Positions 9,248 through 17,675 of a DNA stretch of 64,000 nucleotides are shown here, one piece after another. The notes beneath the pieces are model-generated. The model was not told the origin of the DNA and searched no databases. It saw only the letters and a program-made list of their open reading frames with translations. The position numbers and the translations under genes were made by a program. Within the stretch, counting starts at the first letter, position 1, and each line of letters starts with the position of its first letter. Source of the DNA: Candidatus Profundicultor thermophilus. Its GTDB lineage: Bacteria; Atribacterota; Atribacteria; Atribacterales; Caldatribacteriaceae. The stretch spans positions 1,582 through 65,581 of the forward strand of contig JBDIWN010000001.1 in assembly GCA_039638495.1 (NCBI GenBank), written 5' to 3'.

Positions 9248-10165
9248 GTGGGAAACTTTTCGATTGTCACGGTTTCACGAGAAGTAGAGAGCTTGGGGGA
9301 TGAAATTGCCCTGAAGCTTTCCAAAAAACTGGGTTTCGAGATGATTGACCGAGAAAAATGGGTTTCAGTTTTAGAAGATTGGAAGCCTGGCTTTCCGGCC
9401 GAACCACCTCTTGATGACCAGATGCAAAAGGAATGGATGACCACGGTGCGCTCATTTCTTCAGGAGCGAGCCGAAAAACGGGCTTTTGTGCTTTTGGGAA
9501 GAGGAGGACAGAGAGTTCTCGAAGGTCTTGATTCGGCCTTCCATCTTTTGATTGTGGCCCCAACGGAGATTCGTCTCCGAAGGATTATGGAAAAATACCA
9601 TCAGGACGAAGTCACTGCGGCGCGTATTCTTGCTGAACAGGATCTACAGAGAGAGAGGTTTTTGTTGCGCCATTTTGGGATTGATTGGAGGAATCCTCTT
9701 TATTACCACTTGGTGCTCAATACTGGTTCGTACCGGGTAGAAGAAGCCTGTAATCTGATAATGGAAGCGATGAAAAAAGTGGCTGATAGATTGTTCATCT
9801 CTGGAAAACAAAAGTCGCTCTTTGAAGAGAAAAATTTCATCAAAGAAACAGTGGTATTTTCCCATCCTTCGGAGGAAGAATTTGCCCGGCTTCTCAACTT
9901 TTATAACATCCGTTGGCTTTACGAACCGAGGACTTTTCCTTTAGCCTGGGACAGCGAAGGCAATGTGACCGAGGCGTTCGCTCCCGATTTTTACCTGCCT
10001 GATTTTGATCTTTTTATCGAATTGACGACTCAAAAACAAAAGTTAACCTGGAAGAAAAATAAAAAGGTGCGTCGGCTCAAGGAACTTTATCCCGAGGTGA
10101 AGATAAAACTCATCTATGCTCGAGACTACCAGCACATTGTGCGCAAATTTGGAGGGAGTAAATGA
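9248..10165 (+). CDS. Cytidylate-kinase-like (Cytidylate_kin2-type) protein fused to a C-terminal possible PD-(D/E)xK-like domain
   Basis: The N-terminal ~190 aa follow the cytidylate kinase-like family 2 pattern (IVTVSRE..., LLGRGGQ, LIVAP...R..RIM, YHLVLNT), but the usual GSGG is ESLG. The C-terminal ~110 aa read SEEEFARLL..IRWLYEP..FAPDFYLPDFDLFIELTTQK. Start GTG 9248 (GGTGA RBS) preferred over the ORF-track 9194. Confidence 0.55.
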   Translation: MGNFSIVTVSREVESLGDEIALKLSKKLGFEMIDREKWVSVLEDWKPGFPAEPPLDDQMQKEWMTTVRSFLQERAEKRAFVLLGRGGQRVLEGLDSAFHLLIVAPTEIRLRRIMEKYHQDEVTAARILAEQDLQRERFLLRHFGIDWRNPLYYHLVLNTGSYRVEEACNLIMEAMKKVADRLFISGKQKSLFEEKNFIKETVVFSHPSEEEFARLLNFYNIRWLYEPRTFPLAWDSEGNVTEAFAPDFYLPDFDLFIELTTQKQKLTWKKNKKVRRLKELYPEVKIKLIYARDYQHIVRKFGGSK

Positions 10166-10737
10166 CTGAACCAACTCGTTTGGGAAACCTCGTTTTTAGC
10201 CGAGAGGAAGTCACAAAACGGGTACAGGAGGTTGGTGTAGAAATCAGCCGCGATTATGAAGGCCGGAGACCCTTACTGATCGTGATATTACGGGGGGCAG
10301 TGTATTTTGCGGTGGATCTCAGCCGAACACTCTCAGTGCCATTTGACATCGATTTTATGGCCCTTTCTCCCTTTAAACCTGGTTTACAGCGGGTGGAAAT
10401 TGAAAAGGATGCGGATACACCCCTTTTGGGGAGAGATGTTTTGATTATTGAAGATATTGTGGATACGGGATTGACCTTGAATTTTCTGAAGCGCCAATTA
10501 GAGAAAAGGTTTCCTAGGAGTATCAAAGTATGTAGCTTTTTGAACTGTCCGAGTCGACGCATTGTCGAGGTGGAAATTCACTACTTTTGCTTTGAGATTC
10601 CGGACGTTTATGTGGTTGGATATGGTCTGGATTTTAAAGGTGATTTTCGCAATCTCCTTGGAGTATACACGTTATACGATCCGACTGGACGAGATACCCA
10701 GATACTGAAAAAGATGGGGAAAGGAGGAAAGCAGTGA
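10162..10737 (+). CDS. hpt: Hypoxanthine(-guanine) phosphoribosyltransferase
   Basis: ATGA overlap with the upstream gene. PRPP-binding loop VLIIEDIVDTGLTL, typical 6-oxopurine PRTase length, and the DYVVGYGLDF-type C-terminal motif (VYVVGYGLDF). Confidence 0.9.
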   Translation: MTEPTRLGNLVFSREEVTKRVQEVGVEISRDYEGRRPLLIVILRGAVYFAVDLSRTLSVPFDIDFMALSPFKPGLQRVEIEKDADTPLLGRDVLIIEDIVDTGLTLNFLKRQLEKRFPRSIKVCSFLNCPSRRIVEVEIHYFCFEIPDVYVVGYGLDFKGDFRNLLGVYTLYDPTGRDTQILKKMGKGGKQ

Positions 10738-11783
10738 ATTTTGTTCGTGAAGCCGTTCGGAAGATGGAAGGATATGTGCCGGGAGAACAACCCCAAGAGG
10801 AGGGATATATTAAACTCAACACCAATGAAAATCCGTACCCTCCCTCTCCCAAGATTGTGGAAAGGCTTATTGAGTTCCTCTCCCATGCTTCTCTTGCACT
10901 CTATCCGCAACCTCTCAGTGACCGGGTACGAGAGCAAATTGAGAAAATCTATGGGTTTCCCAGAGAATGGGTGATGGTGGGGAATGGTTCAGACGAGCTC
11001 CTGAACATAGTATTGCGAGTTTTTGCTGGAAAGGGAGATGTGGTAGCCTATCCTTTCCCTACGTATACGCTTTATAGAACTCTGGTGCTCCTTCAAGAAG
11101 CTGAGCCTCGAGAAATCCCATTTCCAGAGGATTTTTCTCTCCCTGGAGAGCTTATCACTGTAAAGGCGAATCTGAAGGTGCTCTGTAATCCAAATTCTCC
11201 CACCGGGACATACATTCCCAAAGAGGAGATCGAGGAGCTCCTGCGTATGTCTTCATGTCCGGTGCTGGTGGACGAAGCTTATGTGGATTTTGCTCCGGAG
11301 AGCGTTCTTTCTCTGCTTCCTCGGTTTTCGAATCTGCTTGTAGCGCGGACACTTTCTAAATCTTTTTCTCTGGCCGGTTTACGCATTGGTTTTCTTTTCG
11401 CACATCCCGAGACACTGCGGGAAATTTTGAAAGCTAAGGATTCCTACAACGTGAGCACTCTTTCTCAGGTCGGGGCCGAGGTTGCTCTGGAAGAGATTGC
11501 GTATGCCATGGAAAATGTGGAGCGAATCAGGCGTACTCGTTCCTGGTTTACCAGAAAGATGGAGGAGATGGGATTTTACGTGTACCCGTCTCAGGCGAAT
11601 TTCATCCTGATTCGAAGAGAGGGATACGACCTACGTTTTCTCTACGAAGCGCTCAAAAAAAGAAAGATTCTGGTGCGATATTTCGGAGAATGGCCCAGCT
11701 GTTTGCGAATCACCGTTGGTACCGATGAGCAGATGGAAGCCTTGCTCCATAATATGCGAGAAATCGTAAGGGAGTTATTTTGA
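10734..11783 (+). CDS. hisC: Histidinol-phosphate aminotransferase
   Basis: GTGA overlap with hpt and an AAGGAGG RBS. LNTNENPYPP motif and PLP-lysine region SKSFSLAGLRIG. Confidence 0.85.
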   Translation: MNFVREAVRKMEGYVPGEQPQEEGYIKLNTNENPYPPSPKIVERLIEFLSHASLALYPQPLSDRVREQIEKIYGFPREWVMVGNGSDELLNIVLRVFAGKGDVVAYPFPTYTLYRTLVLLQEAEPREIPFPEDFSLPGELITVKANLKVLCNPNSPTGTYIPKEEIEELLRMSSCPVLVDEAYVDFAPESVLSLLPRFSNLLVARTLSKSFSLAGLRIGFLFAHPETLREILKAKDSYNVSTLSQVGAEVALEEIAYAMENVERIRRTRSWFTRKMEEMGFYVYPSQANFILIRREGYDLRFLYEALKKRKILVRYFGEWPSCLRITVGTDEQMEALLHNMREIVRELF

Positions 11784-12430
11784 TGTTTAAACTTTTTATC
11801 TGGGATCTGGATAACACGTTGGTGGGTACTTCCCCGCTTCTGTGGGGAGCCTTTTCTTGGGTGGCGGAAAAATACACTGGTCGTGCAATGAGTCCGGCTG
11901 AAATCGTGAGCCTCTATGGACCTCCCGAAGACCAGGTGATTGCAAAAATAGTGGGGAATGAAAAGAAAGAAGAAGCGTTGCAGGAATTTTACGCCTTCTA
12001 TGAGAAAAAACATCAGGAACTGGTGGAAGTCTTTGCGCCGGTGGTGGAGGCCATTCTGTTTTTGCGAAAGAAGGGTGTGAAACAAGCCCTTTTTACCTCT
12101 AAAGGTCGGAAAAGTGCGATGATGACCCTGGAGAAACTCAATCTTGGAAGGCTCTTCGATTTTGTTCTCTGTGGAGACGAAGTTGAACATGCCAAACCTT
12201 CCCCGGAAGGGGTTTGGCAAATTCTCTCCTTTTTTGGTATGCAACCAGAGGAAGCAGTGTATGTGGGTGATTCACCTCTTGATGCACAGGCTGCAGCAGG
12301 TGCTCAAGTTCCCTTTGTGATGGTTTTATGGGATTCGTTTCATCGTGAGAGGGCCCCCGAGGTCAGAGCTTACCGGTTTTTTGCAAAGCCCGAAGAGTTC
12401 TTTGACTGGGTAAAGGAAGTGTACCGATGA
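11783..12430 (+). CDS. HAD-superfamily hydrolase, subfamily IA (phosphoglycolate phosphatase-like)
   Basis: Motif I WDLDNTLV, motif II FTSK, motif III/IV K...GDSPLD. The start overlaps the hisC stop (TTG 11780 or ATG 11783). Confidence 0.75.
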   Translation: MFKLFIWDLDNTLVGTSPLLWGAFSWVAEKYTGRAMSPAEIVSLYGPPEDQVIAKIVGNEKKEEALQEFYAFYEKKHQELVEVFAPVVEAILFLRKKGVKQALFTSKGRKSAMMTLEKLNLGRLFDFVLCGDEVEHAKPSPEGVWQILSFFGMQPEEAVYVGDSPLDAQAAAGAQVPFVMVLWDSFHRERAPEVRAYRFFAKPEEFFDWVKEVYR

Positions 12431-14460
12431 GATTTGAGAAAGTCCTGAAACGAGATGGAAAAGTAGAGGAGTTTTCTCCTTCTAAAATCACCAATGCTAT
12501 CTTCAAAGCGCTTTCTGCTTGTGGGAAAAAAGATCAAGCACTCGCCGAGCGGCTGACTGAAAAGGTCATTGATGTTCTGGCCCAGCGGGTAACCGGCATT
12601 TTGCCCAGTGTGGAAACGATTCAAGATGGAGTGGAAGACGTGCTCATGGCGGAAGGACTTTCAGATGTGGCGCGAGCGTATATCCTGTATCGGGAAAAAC
12701 GGAGAAATCTTCGCGAGGCCAAATGGCAACTTTTTGGTGTTCGGGACGATTTGAAGTTGTCCCTCAATGCAGTGCGAATTTTGCAGGAGCGTTATCTCCT
12801 CAAGAATGAAGAAGGAGAAGTGGTGGAAACACCAAAAGAAATGATGCAGCGTGTGGCGCAAGCCATTGCGGCAGTGGAAAAGAATTACGGTGGGGAAGAA
12901 GACCAGACCTTTGAAGAATTTTATACTCTGCTTTGCGGGCTGCTTTTTTTGCCAAATTCCCCCACACTCATGAATGCTGGAACTCCTCTTGGACAGCTTT
13001 CTGCTTGTTTTGTATTGCCCATTGAGGATTCCATTGACTCGATTTTTGATACTTTAAAGGAAATGGCTCTGATCCATAAATCAGGAGGTGGAACCGGGTT
13101 TAACTTTTCTCATTTACGTCCCAAGGGGGATCTAGTTCAAAGTACTGGCGGACGGGCTTCTGGACCGGTTTCGTTTATGAGGATTTTTGATACGGCAACT
13201 GAGGTGGTGAAGCAGGGAGGAAAAAGGCGCGGTGCCAATATGGGTATTTTGCGTTTGAATCACCCTGATATTGAAGAATTCATTCGAGCAAAGGAGCGAT
13301 CCGAATTTTTGGAGAACTTTAACCTTTCGGTGGCAGTGACACAGGAAGAAATGGAAAAAGTGAAAAAGGGCGATATGCTTGAACTGGTTAATCCCCGCAA
13401 TGGACAGGTAGTTAGGAAAATCAATGCTCGTGCCCTTTTTGAACGAATTGCGGAAAGTGCCTGGAGGAGTGGGGAACCAGGAATGATTTTCCTGGATCGG
13501 ATTAACTGTGATAATCCCACACCGTCTCTGGGAAGGATTGAAGCAACCAATCCCTGTGGGGAAGTACCGTTGCTACCGTATGAATCCTGTAACCTGGGTT
13601 CTCTCAATCTTTCCCGGATGGTGAAAGAGGGACGGATTGATTATGAACGATTGAAGGATACGGTATGGAAGGCTGTCCATTTTTTGGATAACGTGATTGA
13701 CGCAAACCATTATCCTTTGTCTCTGGTAGAGGAAATGGTTAAAGGGAATCGAAAGATTGGCCTTGGAGTTATGGGTTTTGCTGATATGCTCATCCAGCTG
13801 GGGATTCCCTATTACAGCGAGGGTGCTTTGAAGGTTGCTCAAGAGGTTATCCAGTTTATTGCTTTGCAGGCTCGGCTGGCTTCGATGAGACTGGCTGAAA
13901 AGCGGGGTACCTTCCCCAGGTATCCCGATAGTATTTGGGCGAAAAGGGGTCTTCGACTTCGTAATGCGACTCTGCTTTCCATTGCTCCAACCGGTTCTAT
14001 CAGTTTGATTGCTTCCTGCTCAAGTGGCATTGAACCGCTTTTTGCTCTGGCTTTTCGTCGTTACGTTCTGGAGCAAACGGAGATTGTGGAGGTGCACCCT
14101 CTTTTAGAGGAAATGTTTTCTCATTACGGAATTTCAGAAACTTTGCAGCGTCACATTCTTGAGAAAGGGAACATGGAAGGAATCGAGGGAATTCCACCGG
14201 AATTTCACGCCCGGTTTTTCACCGCTTTGGAAATTCCTCCCGAATTCCATGTTCGGATGCAGGCTGCTTTCCAAAAGTATGTTGATAACGCAGTTTCAAA
14301 AACGGTGAATCTCTCAGCAGAATCGACTCCCCAAGAAGTGCTCGCGGTGTACCTTTTGGCTTATGAATTGCAGTGCAAGGGTATTACCGTATACCGTTAC
14401 CAGAGTCGACCCGCACAGGTTCTATATCTTGGAGTGGAGGGAGAGTGCAAAGAATGCTGA
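12427..14460 (+). CDS. nrdJ: Class II (adenosylcobalamin-dependent) ribonucleotide reductase with N-terminal ATP-cone
   Basis: ATP-cone-like start (VLKRDGKVEEFSPSKITNAI), active-site segment TNPCGEVPL, and a C-terminal redox pair ECKEC. ATGA overlap with the HAD gene. Confidence 0.85.
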   Translation: MRFEKVLKRDGKVEEFSPSKITNAIFKALSACGKKDQALAERLTEKVIDVLAQRVTGILPSVETIQDGVEDVLMAEGLSDVARAYILYREKRRNLREAKWQLFGVRDDLKLSLNAVRILQERYLLKNEEGEVVETPKEMMQRVAQAIAAVEKNYGGEEDQTFEEFYTLLCGLLFLPNSPTLMNAGTPLGQLSACFVLPIEDSIDSIFDTLKEMALIHKSGGGTGFNFSHLRPKGDLVQSTGGRASGPVSFMRIFDTATEVVKQGGKRRGANMGILRLNHPDIEEFIRAKERSEFLENFNLSVAVTQEEMEKVKKGDMLELVNPRNGQVVRKINARALFERIAESAWRSGEPGMIFLDRINCDNPTPSLGRIEATNPCGEVPLLPYESCNLGSLNLSRMVKEGRIDYERLKDTVWKAVHFLDNVIDANHYPLSLVEEMVKGNRKIGLGVMGFADMLIQLGIPYYSEGALKVAQEVIQFIALQARLASMRLAEKRGTFPRYPDSIWAKRGLRLRNATLLSIAPTGSISLIASCSSGIEPLFALAFRRYVLEQTEIVEVHPLLEEMFSHYGISETLQRHILEKGNMEGIEGIPPEFHARFFTALEIPPEFHVRMQAAFQKYVDNAVSKTVNLSAESTPQEVLAVYLLAYELQCKGITVYRYQSRPAQVLYLGVEGECKEC

Positions 14461-15640
14461 GCAAGTCTTGGGCGATGTAAAGCGCTCCATTTCTTTGGTT
14501 CTGCCATATCCTTTTACTGAAGTCTTCGGCTTTTTTCTGCATTTGGGGTAGGTTGGTAATTGTTTCCTTCAAGATGGATGCGGTTTTCTCTGGGGTATTC
14601 TCTCCCTGAATCAATGCTTCGCGCAAGAGGAGTTTTTGCCGTTTCTCTAAAAAATACCGGTTGACCTGAATCGCCCGTGTGGCGTAGGGCTCAAGGCATG
14701 GTATTCCCAAGTGGGCTGCATGCTCTAATGCAGTTCCGGCAAATCCAACCACAAGAGCGGTGTCACCAAGGCGCGTGAAGTAATCTCCTTGACTCCAGGT
14801 AACCGAGAGACCTTCAAGGGAGAAAGAAGAGGTTGAAGGAATTGCTCCGATTTCTCGAACCAAACTTTCGATTTCTAGAGTTGATGGTTCGGGTGGAAAA
14901 ACAAAATGCGGGAGGTAGGGAGGGAAAAGACTGCGGGTATGGAGGATGGTGGTAACCAGGAACCGAAAATTTTCTTTCCAATCACCGCGATGTCCGGGAA
15001 GGAAAAGGATAGTCTGACTCTTGGGATTTTTCTTGGGGAGGAGTGGTCCTACGAATCCAAGGTAACAGGCGTTAATTCCCAGACTTTGAAGCCACAGCGC
15101 GGTGGGGTGGTCACGAGTATAGATTTTTTGAACCAGGTGATGGAGCAGATGGGCGTTGAATTTTCCGAGACGTTCATACGGTTTTCCTTTGGTATGGAGG
15201 AGTGCGGTATGGGCGCAGGCGAAAAGGTAGGCTTTCTTCCTTAAGGATATGAAACTCAGAAGGAGTAGAAAAACGTCTCCAATGACTACTACCATGTCCA
15301 CCGTTCTTCTGATCCGTGCCAGGTGGTATATTGATTGGAGCGTATTTTTCGCTCCACCGCTTAGAACATCGAAGATCAGTCGACCGAGTCGCTGAAAGAC
15401 GTTTCCGAGGTACACACCCCCATAGGGCAGGGGCAAAAAACTTTTGAGAAGGGAACATTGTTGGGGGTGTTGTCTGCAGAGGTCTTGCAGGAGTTTTCCT
15501 TCTCCCACAAGTGGCATAAAACTGAGACGGACCGGGATTTTCTGACGTTTTGCTTCCTCAATAAAAGCGGTGGCGATGAGTTGCAGGAAAGAATCTTCGC
15601 CATATCCATTACTCAAAAATAGTACATGCTTTTCCATCAT
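14384..15640 (-). CDS. GT-B fold glycosyltransferase related to lipid-A-disaccharide synthase (TIGR03492-like, from memory)
   Basis: The N-terminus VLFLSNGYGEDSF and the later GFAGTALEHAAHLGIPCL resemble the LpxB-related family. The last ~25 codons overlap the 3' end of nrdJ convergently. Confidence 0.5.
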   Translation of the reverse strand: MMEKHVLFLSNGYGEDSFLQLIATAFIEEAKRQKIPVRLSFMPLVGEGKLLQDLCRQHPQQCSLLKSFLPLPYGGVYLGNVFQRLGRLIFDVLSGGAKNTLQSIYHLARIRRTVDMVVVIGDVFLLLLSFISLRKKAYLFACAHTALLHTKGKPYERLGKFNAHLLHHLVQKIYTRDHPTALWLQSLGINACYLGFVGPLLPKKNPKSQTILFLPGHRGDWKENFRFLVTTILHTRSLFPPYLPHFVFPPEPSTLEIESLVREIGAIPSTSSFSLEGLSVTWSQGDYFTRLGDTALVVGFAGTALEHAAHLGIPCLEPYATRAIQVNRYFLEKRQKLLLREALIQGENTPEKTASILKETITNLPQMQKKAEDFSKRIWQNQRNGALYIAQDLLSILCTLPPLQDIEPVRVDSGNGIR

Positions 15641-15698
15641 TTCATTTTATGGTATGCTATGAAGAATTAAAAATCAAGAGAAAAGGGGGCCGTAAAGA

Positions 15699-16754
15699 TT
15701 GCGTTGGCCGGGGATTTTAGAGTACTTTGCTGAATATCTCCCTCTCACTGAAAAAACACCCCTCATTACCCTTCAGGAGGGGAACACCCCTCTGATTTCG
15801 TCTTCAAGCCTCTTTAAGAAGGTTGGAGTGGGAAGGTTGTTTTTTAAATTTGAGGGGATGAATCCTACCGGTTCATTTAAGGATCGGGGAATGGTGGTGG
15901 CGATCGCTAAGGCCAAGGAGGAAGGGAAAGAGGTGGTCATGTGTGCTTCAACCGGAAATACTTCCGCCTCGGCAGCCGCCTATGCTAAAAGAGCAGGATT
16001 ATCCTGTGTCGTACTCATCCCTCAGGGAAAAATTGCTCTGGGGAAGCTTTCTCAAGCCTTAATGCACGGGGCAAGGGTCCTGGCGGTGCAGGGAAACTTT
16101 GACCAGGCCCTTCAGGTGGTGCGTTTCATTACTTCCCACTATCCGGTGGCTCTGGTCAACTCGCTGAATCCGCACCGTATTGAGGGACAAAAAACCGCTT
16201 CGTTTGAGGTTGTGGAGTGGTTAGGGAAAGTACCCGATTTTCTGGCTCTTCCGGTGGGGAATGCGGGAAACATTACCGCGTACTGGAGAGGTTTTAGGGA
16301 ACTTTTTGAGCTGAAAAAAACTTCAGTGTTACCGAGAATGCTTGGCTTTCAAGCGGCTGGTGCTTGCCCTTTGGTTCTGGGTAAACCAGTAGAAAACCCC
16401 CATACAGTAGCCACGGCCATTCGTATCGGAAACCCTGCCAGCTGGAAAGGTGCCATAGCTGCCAAGGAGGAATCAGGTGGGCTCATCGATGCGGTTGCCG
16501 ATGAAGAGATTCTGGGAGCACAAGGGATGTTAGCGGAAGAGGAAGGAATTTTTGTCGAACCAGCCTCGGCGGCATCGGTTGCCGGAGTTTTGAAAAAAGC
16601 TCAGGAGGGATTCTTCCGGGGGAGCGAGACGGTGGTATGTGTCCTGACTGGTCATGGTCTCAAAGACCCGGATGTGGCTATAAAACAGTGTGAAGGACGG
16701 ATTGAGGAGGTTGGTGCTTCGGTGGAGGAAGTGGTACGGGTTCTGGGGTTTTAG
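15699..16754 (+). CDS. thrC: Threonine synthase
   Basis: TTG start after AAAGGGGG. PLP-lysine motif FEGMNPTGSFKDRGM, with the GNAGN and TGHGLKDP segments. Confidence 0.9.
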   Translation: MRWPGILEYFAEYLPLTEKTPLITLQEGNTPLISSSSLFKKVGVGRLFFKFEGMNPTGSFKDRGMVVAIAKAKEEGKEVVMCASTGNTSASAAAYAKRAGLSCVVLIPQGKIALGKLSQALMHGARVLAVQGNFDQALQVVRFITSHYPVALVNSLNPHRIEGQKTASFEVVEWLGKVPDFLALPVGNAGNITAYWRGFRELFELKKTSVLPRMLGFQAAGACPLVLGKPVENPHTVATAIRIGNPASWKGAIAAKEESGGLIDAVADEEILGAQGMLAEEEGIFVEPASAASVAGVLKKAQEGFFRGSETVVCVLTGHGLKDPDVAIKQCEGRIEEVGASVEEVVRVLGF

Positions 16755-16763
16755 GGGAAGAGT

Positions 16764-17675
16764 ATGATTTTCGAGGTGAATGTTCCAGCGACGACGGCCA
16801 ATATCGGTTGTGGGTTTGATGTTCTGGGGATGGCGCTTGATCTTTATTATCGGGTACAGGTGAACGTGAATGAAGACGGCTCTTTCGCCATACTTCATCG
16901 GGGAGAAGGGGCAGAAACGATTCCTTTTTCAGAAAACCATCTTCTGTATCGGACTGTGAGAACGGTGTGGGAGAAGTTGCACTTCCCACCGGTTGGGTTT
17001 CGGGTTGAAGCATTTAATGACATTCCGGTGGCTCGGGGCCTGGGAAGCAGTGCAGCCTGTATTGTAGCAGGAGTTACTGTAGCCAATTTTATTGCTGGGA
17101 GCGTTTTATCTTTAGAGGAAATGATTCGCATAGCCTGTGAAATCGAGGGACATCCTGACAATGTTCTTCCCGCTTTTCTGGGTGGTTTTACCGTGGCCAT
17201 GCCATACGAGGGGAAAATGTATTATCGTAAGTTTTCCTTTTTCCCCAATGCGGAAATCGTTTTGTGTGTTCCTCAGTATGGATTGAGCACTGCGGCCATG
17301 CGCAAACTGCTTCCTGAGACATATCCCCGCCAGCAGGTGGTGTTCAATCTTTCTCATCTGGCCTATCTTCTGGGGAGCCTTTTTGAGGGGGATTTTGACG
17401 GTTTTCTCCTGGCGCTTGAAGATTATCTTCATCAACCCTATCGAGGAAAAGCAATCAAAGGATTTTTTGAGGTAAAAGAGTACGTCCAGAGAATGGGCTT
17501 AGGAAATGCAGCGATCAGCGGTTCCGGACCAACCGTAGTCCTTTTTTTACGTCGGCCTCTGGCTGAGGAAGAGGTTGGAGAAATTCAGACTCTTTTCCAC
17601 GCTCAAGGTGGAGGGGAAGTGGTATTGAAAAGGGTTCAATGGGTTGAGAGGGGAGCGGTGGTGAAGCTGTTATGA
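16764..17675 (+). CDS. thrB: Homoserine kinase
   Basis: GHMP kinase motif PVARGLGSSAA, N-terminal VPATTANIGCGFD, and GSGPTV near the C-terminus. Confidence 0.9.
   Translation: MIFEVNVPATTANIGCGFDVLGMALDLYYRVQVNVNEDGSFAILHRGEGAETIPFSENHLLYRTVRTVWEKLHFPPVGFRVEAFNDIPVARGLGSSAACIVAGVTVANFIAGSVLSLEEMIRIACEIEGHPDNVLPAFLGGFTVAMPYEGKMYYRKFSFFPNAEIVLCVPQYGLSTAAMRKLLPETYPRQQVVFNLSHLAYLLGSLFEGDFDGFLLALEDYLHQPYRGKAIKGFFEVKEYVQRMGLGNAAISGSGPTVVLFLRRPLAEEEVGEIQTLFHAQGGGEVVLKRVQWVERGAVVKLL

Noticed and set aside
14191-14256. Tandem-like repeat encoding IPPEFHAR ... IPPEFHVR in nrdJ
   Set aside because: It is a short in-frame peptide duplication within a conserved enzyme, with differing codon choices. It is not a DNA repeat element or a recombination scar of obvious significance.
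15650-15658. Extended -10-like TGGTATGCT upstream of thrC
   Set aside because: There is no -35. The 58-nt divergent gap also has to hold the minus-strand gene's signals, so confidence is too low to list.
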